A DNA stretch of 64,000 nucleotides from Marsupella aquatica. Lineage: Eukaryota > Plantae > Marchantiophyta. Location of the stretch: NCBI GenBank assembly GCA_973895155.1, contig OZ316891.1:1789324-1853323 (forward strand). The letters are read 5' to 3'. The notes under the pieces were generated by a model. It saw nothing but the letters and a program-made list of their open reading frames with translations. It had not been told where the DNA came from and made no database searches. Position 1 is the stretch's first letter. Each line of letters opens with the position of its first letter. The position numbers and the translations under genes are program-made. Shown here piece by piece: positions 11,843 through 25,573 of the stretch.

Positions 11843-14800
11843 ATGAAGTATGGTCGAGCTACCTCCTTATCCACGATGAAGTCCATCCTCATGCTGTCTC
11901 TGCTCATGGGAACCATGCTGCGACAGACAGCTGCAGAAATTTATATGGTCCGAATGGCAGATGATCCTATCCTGAGTTACACGGGTACTCTTCCAGGGTT
12001 GAAGGCCACTGCTGCAACAGCAGGGCAAAGAGCTGATATTAACAGGTACGAAACATCTCACCCAAGACTCAACATCACAAACATAACCATCTTTGATGCC
12101 ATTCTTCGCAGGAGCAGGCCTTCATTGTGAGTTGGCTGCGCGAATCTCTTGAAAGGGACTGGCATCTGCTATAAATGCGAGGCATGATTTGAGTAGGACT
12201 ACGCTTTCGTGGTCGGCTAGAAGAATTCTCCTGAGTGACTACACGGATGCAAAGAGAGAGCACAGATGATGATTATAGTTCGTTCCAAGCTGTGAATGTT
12301 CAGAAGTGATTGCTTGACCCTCAGGTGAAGCAAATGTAACAGTAATGTGATATTTTGATGAATGCAGTGCTGAAGCTCAGTCGTACATCAGCTATTTAAG
12401 CCATCGGCAAGATTTGCTTCTAAGCAATACTCTGCAACCGGGCACGTACACGAAGCTGTACTCTTACCACTATCTCATCAATGGCTTTGCTGCAGAGATG
12501 ACGCCAGATCAGGTAAGGGACCATGTGTACTGGTATCCTACAAATCGCTGTCAAGGATCGAAGTAGCTCACGCTTTCAAGGAGAAATGTAGCTCATGTCA
12601 TAAAGTAAATTCCGTAGTGCTGGTCAATGTTGGTAATTGAGGAGTGATTCCAAGATTTTCAGATTGAGGTTTCGGGCTCTCTGCCTTCCGTTTGGAGAGG
12701 GGTTTATCGTTTGTACTTCAACAAGATGGAGAGGGGCTCACTTCCTTTGCTGAATTTCTTGTGCAGGCAAAGACACTGGCAAATACAGCTGGGGTTATAC
12801 AGGTGGAGGAAGATAGGAAAGTTGAGAAAATGACCACCCATACTCCTGACTTTTTGGGTCTCCCAGGCAACGCATGGCCACGGGTGGGAGGGGTTGACAA
12901 TGCTGGAGAAGGAATTGTCATAGGGGTTGTAGACACCGGAATAAATCCCTTCCACCCGAGCTTTGCGGTTAGCAATAACAACCCGTACGATGCAATCTCA
13001 TCTTTCAATGGAACATGCGAAGTGGCACCGGAATTTCCCCAAGGTTCATGCAACGGGAAGATTGTTGGTGCTCGTCACTTCGCTGCTGCTGCCATTGCCG
13101 GTGGAGACTTCAACGCTTCTCGAGACTTTGCTTCTCCTTTTGACGCAGATGGACATGGAAGGTGAGAGCCGAGTCTCCAACCTTCTCCCCTTCTGCCTTC
13201 CACTAGCAGTTGACTACAATTTGACTCCTCCACTTACAACTCTCTTTCTCGGCGGCGGCGGGGGCAGAAACTTGATTCATTGTCTTCACCAGCCATCATT
13301 TACTTTGTGCAAGATTGATTTTCATCTAGGAAAATTCTTATCGAGTTCTGCTCACCCATGTGCAGTCATTCAGCTGCAATAGCTGCGGGTAACCATGGAG
13401 TAAAAGTCACCGTGAAAGGATATGATTATGGTACTGCAAGTGGAATGGCACCTCGTGCCAGGTAAGAAAGTCGCGGACATTTGTATTCAACTCTGTAGAC
13501 GGAAATTGTCGTCTACGACAGACAGTTTTCTCGTTTCCTAACCAGATCGGAGTAAGTATAGATGGCATGTTTTGCCATCAGATTGTTCTGTTATTGGGCT
13601 AATTTCAACTACGGGCACTTAGTGGTTTCTTTCTTGAGTGAAATTGTATTTCTGTATGGCAGACTTGCTATTTATAAAGCGCTGTACCCTTTTGGAGGAT
13701 ATATATCTGACGTGGTGGCCGCAGTCGACCAAGTATGCTCGTTCTCCACCATTCTGGTTTATGTGGCTTTCGTTCGCGACGAATGATCATTCGTCCAGAT
13801 TTCCACTTCTAGGTGCAATGGCGTGCCATGGAGTGATCTAGAGGAAGGCTAGATTAGGTTATTGTATAGCGCTTAGTTTGCTAGAGGTTCGTCCTTATTT
13901 GACGTTGGTTTTCCTGAGACTGTCAGATCCTTCTAGACTTGGGTGCTTGCTAAAACTGTTTCTGGCATTTTGCAGGCCGTCCAAGATGGTGTAGACGTAA
14001 TCAGTTTATCTCTCGGGCCGACTAGTGCTCCAACTGGTGTGGCGACATTTCTCAATGTGTTTGATGTGGAACTCCTCTTTGCAGTGAAAGCTGGTGTTTT
14101 TGTTGCACAAGCTGCAGGAAATAGCGGCCCTGCACAAACGAGCATTCTCTCTTTCAGTCCATGGATCACGTCTGTAGCTGCCAGTATCACAGATCGCACT
14201 TACTCGAATTATCTGCTGCTGGGTAACAACGAGAGTTTCGTTGGTGTTGGCCTTTCACGTAAGTGGAATTGGTTTTCCCTTGTTTTCGCTTTAAACCAGA
14301 AAACAAGATTTTCCGCTGCCTTCCAAGTGGATGGAAGTATTAGATAGGAAGGGTTTAGGGTAGGGTGGAATATAGTCATGCTGACTGCGTAACCTTGCTC
14401 AGACCTGGAAAACTTATAAGGAAGTGACTTCACTAGCATGAACCAATGTCTTGTACTTGTGCTGTGGCGCAGCTCCAACCCACAGCGGGTCTACCAAGTT
14501 GGTGCACGCCAGCGATGCTGCCTCACATAACGGAACATTCATCAATCTAGATGAGTGTCAAAATCCGGCTGCGTTCAACCGAGATCTGGTCACAGGAAGC
14601 GTTCTGTTATGTATATACTCGTTTAGTTTTGAATTTGGATCTGCCACTGTCAAGCAAGTGGCGGAGACTGCCTACTCGCTGGGGGCTGCAGGGTTTCTCT
14701 TGGTTTCTGACCCTGCCCTGGGTGCCGTATCAAGGGCCGATCCATCCCCACTTAAACTTCCTGGGATCGTTGTGACTGATCTTAGTGCTTCGATTGTGAG

Positions 14801-16717
14801 TTCCTCTGTTGTGAACTTCCAACCCCATTGTCATTTATTGCTTGCTGCCGATTATCAGTTTTACATCAGAACTTGTTTTTTCAAAGGATATTTTCTATGT
14901 AAAGGATTTGGCTGGCCTGACACTGGAACGTTATGCAATGTGGCTGCTTGTGTTGCCGACGACTCTACTTTGCACACTCATCTTGCAGGATCTTTCTTTG
15001 ATAGAGGTCTGAGGAATTAAGAATTCAAGACAATTCAATTTCTGAGAGGTTGTTGACATGATCGGTGACAGGAAATTTTGAAGTATTACAATGAATCTAC
15101 TTCAAGAGGTCCCACAGGTTCGGTGGATTGGTTTGGAGCTTATGTAACCCTGGGAGATGGACGTGTTGCTGCATATGGTGCCGTAGCGCCAGTGGTAGCG
15201 ACTTTCTCGTCAAGGGGCCCTGACATTTTGAACAGTCAATCACAACTCGCCGATGTTTTGAAACCGGACATCCTTGCTCCAGGATACCTTGTCTGGTCTG
15301 CCTGGAGTCCCACTGGGGCCGACGACAGCAGTTTTTACGGTACGCCCTTTTGCAGGTTCAAGTGTTGCATCGTTTGCTGCTCGTTGTCAGGATGCATCGC
15401 CCCACAAGATATGTCCAAAACTAAATCCGCAAAGAATTTCTGGGCTTGGAACTCTTTTTGACGACAGGGTTGGGACTAATATCCTTCCCTTTTCTATTGA
15501 GCAGGTGAAGATTTTGCAATGCTGTCAGGAACGAGTATGGCCACTCCTCATGTTGCTGGGATTGCAGCCCTCATTAAGCAAGCGAATCCTCTTTGGAGCC
15601 CGGCTGTCATAACTTCTGCTCTGATGACAACTGCAAACCTGTATGATAACAAAAACAGCCCTCTCATGGCACAAAATCCTACCAGCAATTTTTCATCCGC
15701 TGTTGGACCGGGGACACCTTTTGACTATGGAGCTGGGTCAGTCAACGCTGGATCTGCCATGGATCCTGGTCTTGTTTTTGAAGCCAGTAAGCTCTCAGCT
15801 CTCTTCCATTCACGCCTTCGAGTGAGCTCTGATTGTTCTTTCTCTCAAAGACCTGTCCCTGAATTCATCTTTTTAAATTGATTGTCTTGATGACTAACAG
15901 TTTTGATATGTATTGAATTCTGGTCCTGTAATGAATTCGCTTAGAGTCCCCGTCATTCATTTAAGTTTTATTGTAAATTGGTGTAAACATATCATATGTA
16001 AATTTGTGCTATTCTTTTTGAGGATTAGCGAATCATATACACACGTGTAAGTTGCGAAGTCCGCAACTCACTCAAGTCTGCAAGTTTTCCATACCTAAAG
16101 AAAAGGACTTAAGGAAGATTTAAGGGACTGGGCTCTGTCGCTGAGCTCTCATGAAACTATTACAAGGAACTTTCTCGTAAACTTTTGGACAGCATTTTTC
16201 TGACAGTCGTGAATGCTATACGTATGCGAAGAAACTTTGTGGGCAGGGCAGAACTTCCGGAATTTGACTTCGTCTTGGAATTTTGTGTTCAGGTTTTGAC
16301 GACTATGTAAGCTTCCTCTGCGTAGTACCAGGAGTAGATCCAGCTTCAGTCCGGGATGCCACGGGTTCAGCCTGTTCAATAAACCCATCCGGCTGGGCTT
16401 CAGACCTGAACAAGCCGTACATCGCAATTGCCAACCTAGTAGGATCGAGAACGGTGACTAGGACAGTGACCAACATTGGCTCCGCAACAGAAACTTATCA
16501 CGTTTCTCTGGATAGTCATCCACCCGGGGTGTCTGTGACTATTAACCCCACCTCCTTCACAGCCAACCGAGGAGAGACAGTGCCATTGTTCATCACCGCG
16601 ACAGCTACCACCAGTACCACCAATGTGTTCAGCTTTGGATCAATTTCGCTCTCTGGAGATCATGGGCATCGGCTTCACATACCCTTGGCAATATCTCCAA
16701 ACTCGGCTTTAAGTTAA
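11843..16717 (+). CDS. Subtilisin-like serine protease (S8A subtilase, SBT2-like), 10 coding exons
   Basis: Approximate exons: 11843-12045, 12368-12512, 12767-13161, 13366-13461, 13663-13732, 13976-14258, 14473-14795, 15072-15338, 15505-15786, 16293-16717, with GT-AG introns. Has a signal peptide, I9 prodomain ([13 protein letters not shown]), [10 protein letters not shown] mature start, catalytic D (VVDTG), H (DGHGSH) and S (SGTSMATPH), a PA domain and an Fn3-like C-terminus. An alternative ATG lies at 11876. Confidence 0.93.
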
Positions 16718-18736
16718 GGAGTAGGTAATTTTTCTGAGGGCCCTGGCGGATCTCTAGCTTCTCATTCAACTCTGCAGGGAAATTCTCTGGAGTAGAGTAG
16801 CCTTTGGATGACCGCTGAAGCGGCTCCCTTCAGTCAACCCTTGTAAGTAGAATTGCACAAGCCTCGAAGGCAGCAAGATAGGAAAATAACTTAGTAGCTG
16901 TCGATATGTCATCATTCAATCAACATTCCCACAAAATCTGGGAAACATTGTTATAAAAGCTTAGACTCTAGGAGGTTTTGTTAGAGTGGCAGAATAATAA
17001 TCAAAGAGCGGTCTGCTATGATCAATAGTTACAGCCAGACAAGGAGTCAATAAAGCTCCAATGCGTATTGTCAATCGTGTGGAAGCAATGGGGTTCTCTG
17101 ACTGGCGCGGATGCTTGACTGCATGTGACGAGGTAGCCAATATCTCTGGGTTTAGTTTGTCTACCCTGGATGCATCTAGTAATTATTTAATTGTCCCTTC
17201 TGTATAAAGTTTGCCTCGATTGTTCATGAATGGAATTGGGGATCCATTAGCCTGTTGTTTGATCGGGCGAACTTTCAGAAATTTCGATGAACGCAAGACA
17301 GACCACGGTCAACGTTTCAAAGAAAAGTATGGCTTTGGTGTGCATTTTGGCTGACTGTTGAGATTTCGAACTGTCGTCCTCTTTATTTGACAAGACCACT
17401 GTAGGTGAAGTTACTTTTGTTTGCAACCAGAAAGACCATCGGTCTCTATGTATCTCAAATGTTGACTAGCCACTTGTCAACTGTCGTCAACCTCATATAT
17501 CAATTTATTGATGAGTCTATTGTCAAGTATCTTCCATGAAAACGAAATTGAAAATATTTCTTCCTTCTTTACAATTTTTTGAAAATATTTCTTCCTTGAG
17601 AACTCAAGATGAGAAGTGGCTATAGTCTGAGTGAATCGCCGAAAAAGTCAGTGAATCTCTTAGGCAGAACTTGTGAGCATACATCTCATCAAATAAAAGG
17701 ATTCCTGGCATGAAATCAAATTCCGAGATTGATGCTACATTTGACTGATCACTCGAGTGCGACTTTCAGCCAAACGGAAAGCCCTATTTGTGGTCCAAAA
17801 TAAGAACGGAGAGCCCAAGCAACAATTCCCCAACCCATCTCACGATGACGTGAGCTTGAGACCAGTTAGTCGGTCTTGAGTACGGCATTGTGCCCAAGGG
17901 CTGATTTGACAAACTTTAATAGTTGGTGCTATCCCATTTGATGCGTGCTGATTTGACAAACATTAACAGTGGATGCTGTCCCATCGCCAGCGTAGCTTTG
18001 TGCCAAATGCACCCGTGAATGTGCAGTATGATATAAAGAAGGAGGACATCGACAGGACTAGACATCAATCAATGGATCGCTTCACTTCGTCCAGTTTTTT
18101 TTTGCTAAGATGTTTCGAGTTAGCCACTGTGAAGGAAGAGGGAGACACACAAATATGGTTTTCGCTAAGGATGTTTCGAGTTAGCCGCTGTGAAGGAAGA
18201 AGGAGACGTAAGGATGGAAGATGGATTCATGATTCTTCTGTCACGTTGCACCATTCTTTACTCTTCCTCTTACAGCAACATGTGACGAATGCAGTCACGT
18301 CGGCGCAAGAGCAGAATGATGCCGATTGCGTAAATCCTCTTTCGGTGGATTGAAGCCTATGAAGGCCGTGATTGTACAATCAAGGCAGTGATAAACAGTG
18401 AAAGAGCATAGTCAACCATCGACCGCACCATATTGCCCGTGGGAGAACGAACGATGGAACCGGAGACGATATGATGATCTGACTGTGACGCAGCCGTAGG
18501 CTAAGGAGAATCGCTCTTTCGCTATCGGGAGTGAAATAAACCACATCGAATGCAAGCTTCATGTGACAAGTACTTACTTGACAGTTCGCTTCTCTAAAGC
18601 AGAAAAACTTGAAGATTTTTCACTGATGTAGACAAACGGGCCGACTGGGTGACGACCGCTATTGTTTCTCTTGCTTCACTCCCATCGGTCATTTGGGTAT
18701 GACCGTGTGTCCCTGCTTTAATCCGATCTGGTCTGA

Positions 18737-19117
18737 GTTTTTTTTCCCTTGAAAGATGAAAGCAGACCCATCCAACAGAGGATGTGAGTTTTTTTTCTGA
18801 GTTTTTTTCTTCCCTTGAAAGTTGAAGCAGACCCATTTAACAGAGGATGCTAGTTTTTTTCTTCCCTTGAAAGTTGAATGCATACCCATCCAAGAGAGGA
18901 TAGAAGTGGATAGAAGTTGTGCTCCAGAGCATGCCATCTGCTGGGAATTTGACTTTGCACTAATCAATTCCTCGATAGTATCAGCTATTTTTCTTCCCTT
19001 GAAAGTTGAAATCATACCCATCCAACAGAGGATAGAAGGGGATAGAAGTTGCGCTCCAGAGCATGCCATCTGCTGGGAATTTGACTTTGCACTAATCAAT
19101 TTCTGGATAGTATCAGC
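18737..19117. repeat. Degenerate tandem repeat array (short units plus two about 120-bp units)
   Basis: TTTTCTTCCCTTGAAAGTTGAA...ACCCAT...AGAGGAT recurs four times. GATAGAAGTTG.GCTCCAGAGCATGCCATCTGCTGGGAATTTGACTTTGCACTAATCAATT occurs twice. Confidence 0.85.
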
Positions 19118-19380
19118 TCGAATAAGGGTGGAAGAGCTCCCTGTCCCACACTCCCAGGAAGGCCCAGAATATCTCGACGAAGTACAAAAGAAAAGTGCAG
19201 TAGACAAAATTTCGCTCTTGCTCATTTCCAGGATGGACACATCATTCACTTCCGTTGGCATATCACACTCACCCGAACCCACCAGTGGGAGGGCAAAGTC
19301 CGGCTCCGTGAATCTTTGAAAAATGAACGAAGAAAGGTGGTTCCATGTCTCTAATTATACCTCCCAAAACAAGTTTCAGA

Positions 19381-19998
19381 TCAAATAAAGGGTAGCAAGA
19401 TATATTGTGAATAGAAAAGATTCCAAATGAACCTATAAAATCCTGCTATGCTCTCTTTTTTGTACTTGACCGAGTCCAACAACCATGTCTGATACACCAG
19501 AGCTGCAGCAAGAATGGCATGAGCTGGAATCATCACTTTCTGGTTAAAGCTCTGAGGCAGGTAAATTGCTGCAATAATTGCTCCTACGTAATTGGCAAGC
19601 AGCAAACCAGCTCCCAGAAACGAGATCTTGCGCACACCAAGTTTCGTGGCAAAAGTGGAGATGCTGAATTTCCGGTCGCCTTCTATGTCTGGGAGGTCCT
19701 TCGTGATGGCGATAACTGTGGCAAAGACGGTCACGAAACATGTGATAAATACTATGGAAGGACTCCACTGATACTGAAGCCCCAGGGCAACTCTGGTCGC
19801 ATAGTACACGCCAAAGTTGAGAAGAAATCCCCTTACAGTAGCAATGATGAGGAAAGCTGGCAGAGCGAATCTTTTCAAGTGAAATGGAGGCACGGAATAA
19901 ATGGTCCCAAGGAACAGACCAAACGAGTAGAGTACTGTGATCAGAGGCCCAAAGTTGGTGCTGGCAATTGCAATTCCAAGTGCTCTTCTGCTGCCCAT
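19381..19998 (-). pseudogene. HST: Intron-free C-terminal fragment of homogentisate solanesyltransferase (UbiA family), probable 5'-truncated retrocopy
   Basis: [45 protein letters not shown] and [10 protein letters not shown] match HST. The N-terminal half, with the first Asp-rich motif, is absent. About 205 uninterrupted codons. Confidence 0.8.
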
Positions 19999-21504
19999 GC
20001 TTGAGAGAAAACAGGCAAAACGTTTGGTTCCAATAATAAGTCTTGTAGTTCGAAAAAGGGACTGTTGACGCTGTTTGCAAACATCTCTCAAACTAGTTCC
20101 AATGACCCATTTTGTTAGAGTAGTTTTTCCATAACAGGGTGTCTATGGAGAAGGTACAACATGGCCTCTATAGTCAACTTGTCGTGGATCTCTTGTAGCA
20201 GTGGAAACCGTCGAGGAATCGCGAAGACGATGCCGGTTTTAAAGGGAAGAAGGGTGTAGATAGTTTCATCTTTTCTTTTTTAGATTTCAGAATCGAATCT
20301 ATGCTGAAAATGGCATCCAGCATAAACGAGCACGGTTTGAGATTACATCCACCGCATACTGTTTGTACTTCTCGAGTGCTAGAAGGCAGCAGGTATTGCT
20401 CACTGATTGAGTGTCAGCCGGTTGACTGAAAAGTCCATACACATATAAAATACTGCACAGAACAAAAAGGTCCATAGCCCAGATTTACGGATACAGATTA
20501 GAAGATGCTCTCGGTGATTCTATTTCTCCAAACTCCTGTTGCCTGCTGATACCTGCTGATACAGCGTACTTTCATCGAGAGGTACCGTTGTCTCTCAGCA
20601 TAGTACTACCGTAGTCTCTCAGCATAATGTATCATTTTCTGTTCCGGGCCTCTCGGAAAACGAGTTTGGGCTATCGTCTATGAGATCGTCTAGCGCATAC
20701 CGTTTCGACCCCACCATGCACATTGCTTGTTCTTTTCAGTTTTCATTAGGCGCGCATGGCTTACAGAATGATCTGCAGATGATTGTTCAGTTCTGTATGA
20801 AGGACGATGGATCTTAACATAAACACCTTGCCCCCTGCTTCTCGAAAGCCAAAGCCCTGTACGTACAGACGAAGTCAATCCTTTGAAGAGGGCCTCCGTA
20901 GTCGTCAAACGAGACCCGTGTCCTGGAAATTAAGGCTCAGTGATTCCTTCCTTACATGATGCTTGTCCTTCGCTAAGGTAGTCCGAAAAGCTTAGATAAT
21001 GGTAAATGTTCAAGAGAAAAAAGGCAAGAGAAAAGAGGGCGTCTCAAAGCTTCAAATTAGAAGGACCTGAAGTTAAATCAAAACTAGTCATGGCAAAAGC
21101 TGGATTCACCACCGTTTCACCATTAATAGCACACTTTTCCTGAAATTGTGGAGCGAAGTGACACCCTAAAGAAGAGAAATGAGTGGAACGTGAAAAGGGA
21201 GAAGCCATTCCCCCTTATATGGCCAAGGGCAGTTTAAGGTTATGGACCTTATTAGTAGTCAAGGTTGTGGACAGCTAGAGTAAGTTATGGACTAACAACA
21301 TATGCCATGACCATAAGTCAGTGTCCGCTTGTGCTAGTGTGTCCGTCGAACATATTTAACTTAGGCGTAGCATCTAAACTACACTACAGCTAAAACCGAG
21401 CATCCCTAAATCCCACAGCAGATGCAACACGGTCAATGCCAATGACAGAGAGTCACGGCAACAATTTCCTCGATGTCATTAATGAATGAATTCACGCGCA
21501 CTAC

Positions 21505-21713
21505 TGGGACATATTTCTGCTTGAGTGGAATAAGGAGGTTCTTCAGAAGGAAGTGCGTCTGCACGGCCACACTTGACAGAATGCTGGGAAACATGGAAAA
21601 TTTCGTACTGGGACATATCTTCTCCTTGAATGGAATAAGGAGGTGCTTCAAAAGGAAGTGCAAATGCACGGCAACACTTGACAGAATGCTGGGAAACATG
21701 GAAAATTTCATAC
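21505..21713. repeat. Tandem duplication, about 103-bp unit, 2 copies
   Basis: CTGGGACATAT...ACACTTGACAGAATGCTGGGAAACATGGAAAATTTC starts at 21505 and 21608. Confidence 0.85.
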
Positions 21714-22412
21714 CGGGGGTTGACATCCAATGACTTCGATCACGAGATTGTCGAAGATACAGTGGCATAACAAGCGATAAAACATTGCTACGCTCTCCTT
21801 CCAAACTGATCAGAGATCATCTGAGGCAGGATCCTTCGTATTCACACTGACTTTAAAAAAATACATCAAAGTGGGCTCTTATGGTGAGAACTAGTCATAT
21901 ATATTTAAACACAGTAAACCATAATTTGGTTGGCAGCCGACAACAAGCAGAGTCCGTAGATCTGTCCCAACAACAAAATCTAGACTGAATCATTATGGCG
22001 ACGGCCTATCCCACCATCAAACCAGCATTTCTCTAATGTTCATATATACAAGATGCAAGCTACGGACGCAAAGCTAGATCCTGCAGAACTTTTCGTCGCT
22101 GCTGGGCTGTAGAGCTGTCCCCTTGAATTTGCTATACATCCCTTGAGATAGCCTCCTAGCTTGTGAAACCTGAGAAGCTCAAGACAAAGCTGTCAATGCC
22201 ATTCCTATCTCAAGCGTTCGTGAACAAGTCCCGAATTAGTTGAACGGTCCACAGGCAGACTGCACAAGGGACTTCTACTAAGCATCGCGTACTTTTATAC
22301 CGGATCACGGATCGGGGTTGCGAGCTGTACAGGGGCACTGAATTTTTGGAGAAGTAGTACTGCTACCTTTGTATCAAACAGTGTCACCTTCGTTTCAACA
22401 TTGTATATCTGC

Positions 22413-23850
22413 TCACGCGCTTCCATTCTCCACGTATTGTACAAACTGCTCAAAATGTTTGTGTGCTAAACTCGTCAATTTTACCAGTTTGATACGGTAC
22501 TCTTTGAAAGTAGTTTGACTCTCTTCACTGTCAAGAAATTGTTGCACCTCGTTTTCGGCGCACTCATGGAGTCTCTCCAAAAAGGCTTCTGCCTCCGCTT
22601 GCGAGTACTGCAAGTTGAACATTTGATCATGATCAGGTAGGTAGTAGCGATGTGCATACGTCCACTTCAGAACTTGTCGACACTCAACGATCTGCAGCCA
22701 TGCTTTACTCAAGAATTCCAATTCGGACTTAGTTTGGCATTGCTTGTCGTAGAGCTTGTCGACCATCACGGACTGCACGTGCTGAAGATCTTCAAGGGCT
22801 TTTCTCCTCGAAGATTCATTCGCAACCCAGCGTTCATAGAAATGCGTGTAACCGTCTAGCGAGTCTTTACCAGTTTTTCTTCTGTTTTGTGCTTCATCAA
22901 GCTGACCCTGTGTCACGGCATCATCATATCCATTACATCCGTAGTTTCCTCCCGACTCCTCATTGTGCGTGGTCCAAGCTCCAAGACACAGCCAGCAGAA
23001 TTCGAACCTGCAGGGTGCCTGGCAGGTCATATGGATGCACCCGTTATTTTTTTCTATTGGTCGCTTACACTTGGGACAAGCCTTGGAGTTGACCAGAATC
23101 TAGTTCATGTTTTCGGATTCTGAACTAAATCTCAGAACCCACTTCGCAACAGTCTCACAATCTGCAGGCCGGTGAGCCTCCAACCAATTCCAGCAAAACT
23201 TGTGGGAACACTTGCACAGAATGGACAAAGAGCCAGCTTGATGCTCACACTCCGCTGCAAACTCGCACCCGGGAGCCGGACACCACTTGGTCGTCTTCCT
23301 GTTTTCCACGAACGCTCTCAGCCGATATCTTGTATACTTGGCTTCGTCCTGTGGTGAGACCAGCGATAGAACCATGTCTTCCAATATAGCAGCGCTGCAA
23401 GACGGATGAGCGCAGCGCAGAGTCAAACAGCCGGGGCCGTCGTCAATTGCGGTGTGGATGTATGACGTCCAGCATGTGTCGCAGAAGAAATGTCCACAAG
23501 ACGAGGCAGATTTCCTTTGCTCCGAATTGTGCGACTCGAAGCAGATTCCGCATGTCATGTCTGGAAAAGATCTCCTTTCCTCTTCCTGTTGTGGATGGGA
23601 TTGGACAAGCCCCGCAATTTTGCGCACTCGCTCCTCATCTTCAAACCATTCCTCATTCACTTTGCTGAAGTTCCAATTGAAATGTTGCAAACGAACAACA
23701 GCTTCAGGCCTCGAGAGTGATATGACAGTGGTGACCCTGGAAACCACGTCTTCTTGGCGCTGCTGGATGTCCTCCGGACTTAGAATTTCATAGTCTGAGT
23801 GCTCCTTGTTCTCGTCCTTCTCGACTTCTTGGTCAGACCCGTCATCATTG
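22413..23850 (-). pseudogene. ARI: ARIADNE-like RBR E3 ubiquitin ligase, intronless copy 1 (start deleted, internal stop)
   Basis: RING1-IBR-RING2-Ariadne domains. TGG>TAG at 23100-23102. An about 100-bp deletion removes the MEDPLDW start seen in the other copies. Confidence 0.9.
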
Positions 23851-25573
23851 ACAAACACAATTCACGAGAAGTGGATGAATTCTGAGCGAAGGGTCTTTAA
23901 ATAGCTTTAACGCAGAAGGGATCCCTGAGTGCTGTCTGAAGTTTTGACGGGCTTGCTTGACTTTAAATAGGCTACGCAAGGACCCAAACTTCGGGCCGAA
24001 CGTCAGCAGGACACAACTTGTCTGAGCGACCAACGAATGACATGCGGGATGAGCTGAGTGGAGCTCAGGATTGGCCACTATAGTAGTGAGTACTTACATA
24101 GGACGAATGATCAGAGCTGAAATAAGGAACAAAGCATGACGAATGACTAATGATTCCGAGGAACTCAGGAATTGGCCAGCGTGCTGTACTCGCATATGAC
24201 CAGCGACCAGCGCTGAACGTAAGTGACAGCTAGATCATCAGAACCTCAAAAACATTCCTGAGACATTGATAATAGGTCTGGTGGTTTATTGTGGCCATAA
24301 TTGTCAGCAATAGAATTTTCAGACAGCTGGTTAATTTGCTCCACATGACAAGTCAAAGCATGCATATTGGTGTATTTCATCTAGTGATCTAGAGGCGGTA
24401 GTTTTCCCCGGCAAGAGTGTTCCCACAACCACCGGTGGACGTTACGAACATCAGTTTCAAGTTCCTTATCAAACGAAAAATCATATCACTTTGGTTCGCC
24501 ATATTGGAGGGCGAGCCAATGCCCAGGAATCAGGATTGAATAATTATGCACTCTAGAATGTGATCTAGAATAGGAATCTGATTCCATTTTACTCTATAAT
24601 GAGCCATCCAGCCAAAAGGGGGCACAATTAGTTTTCTCAAAACTGGCTTGCATTGTTATTACAATATAGAATCCAATCAAACACTAGTCAGAGGGACCCA
24701 TCTTCCCAAGTCCTTTTCTCAAGGTCCAATTTGCCAGATTGTACCAGCTCAACACCCTATCTTGCACACAGATGTTGAGCAGGAGATGTAGCTGTGTAAA
24801 AGATGACATTGCGTATAAAAATGTGTTTGCTGAAATGATGTCCTTGTTGTCAAACAGAGGTTGTGTTTAGAGTTCTTTGCTCAATAAAGGAGGTTGCATA
24901 AACGATGTTGTAATAAAATTAGACAATGTTGCATAAAATGTGTCTTAGTAAATTAATAAAAAAAATGACTGTTTTGGTAATATGGCCATGATAAAAACCA
25001 CAGGGTCCTTTATCATGGTTTGTGGGTGTGGAAGACTTAGTATGAATGCTCATTTTGGCTGGGTTGTTGTTCCCCAAATGTTATCATCTTAGACAAAGAC
25101 TGACTGTTGTTATTGCTTGCTGTCGGGGATTCTGAAGGTAAGGACATAGGACCCCAAGATGGATGACGGTGGCCATCACATCTGGGAGTCTAAGCATGGT
25201 TGCAAGCACAATATGATGGAGTAGTTTTTTTTTTTTCAAATATTTTCAATGGATAAATATCTATTTTTAGCAAAGAGTAATTTTGGTTTTGGTTTTGCAA
25301 AGTTTTTCAATTGATAAATATTTTCATTTAGATGCAGTATTTTTTAGATTGTTTTGAAATATTTCTATTGAAAGATTAAAATTAGGTTTTCAAGATTTTC
25401 AATTTTGTTTTTTATTTCTGTCCATCATTCTAAATTTTTATTTAATTTCTCTTTTCTGTCTGACTTACTAGCTGTTTTGCACTCAAAGGGCAGGGTGGCT
25501 TTGGGCTCTTGGGCGATATGTCGCCCATCCCAGTACATAGATGTTACATTATGGAGTCTCCGGTTCAGTCAGA

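Noticed and set aside
18689-19319. ORFs of 197 aa (-) and 165 aa (+)
   Set aside because: Largely produced by tandem repeats downstream of the HST fragment; no protein motif.
21433-21804. Small ORFs with an internal duplication
   Set aside because: Explained by a 103-bp tandem duplication whose unit is not a multiple of three.
25510-25540. Hairpin TGGGCGATATGTCGCCCA as a Helitron 3' end
   Set aside because: No properly spaced CTRR terminus and no matching 5' end found.
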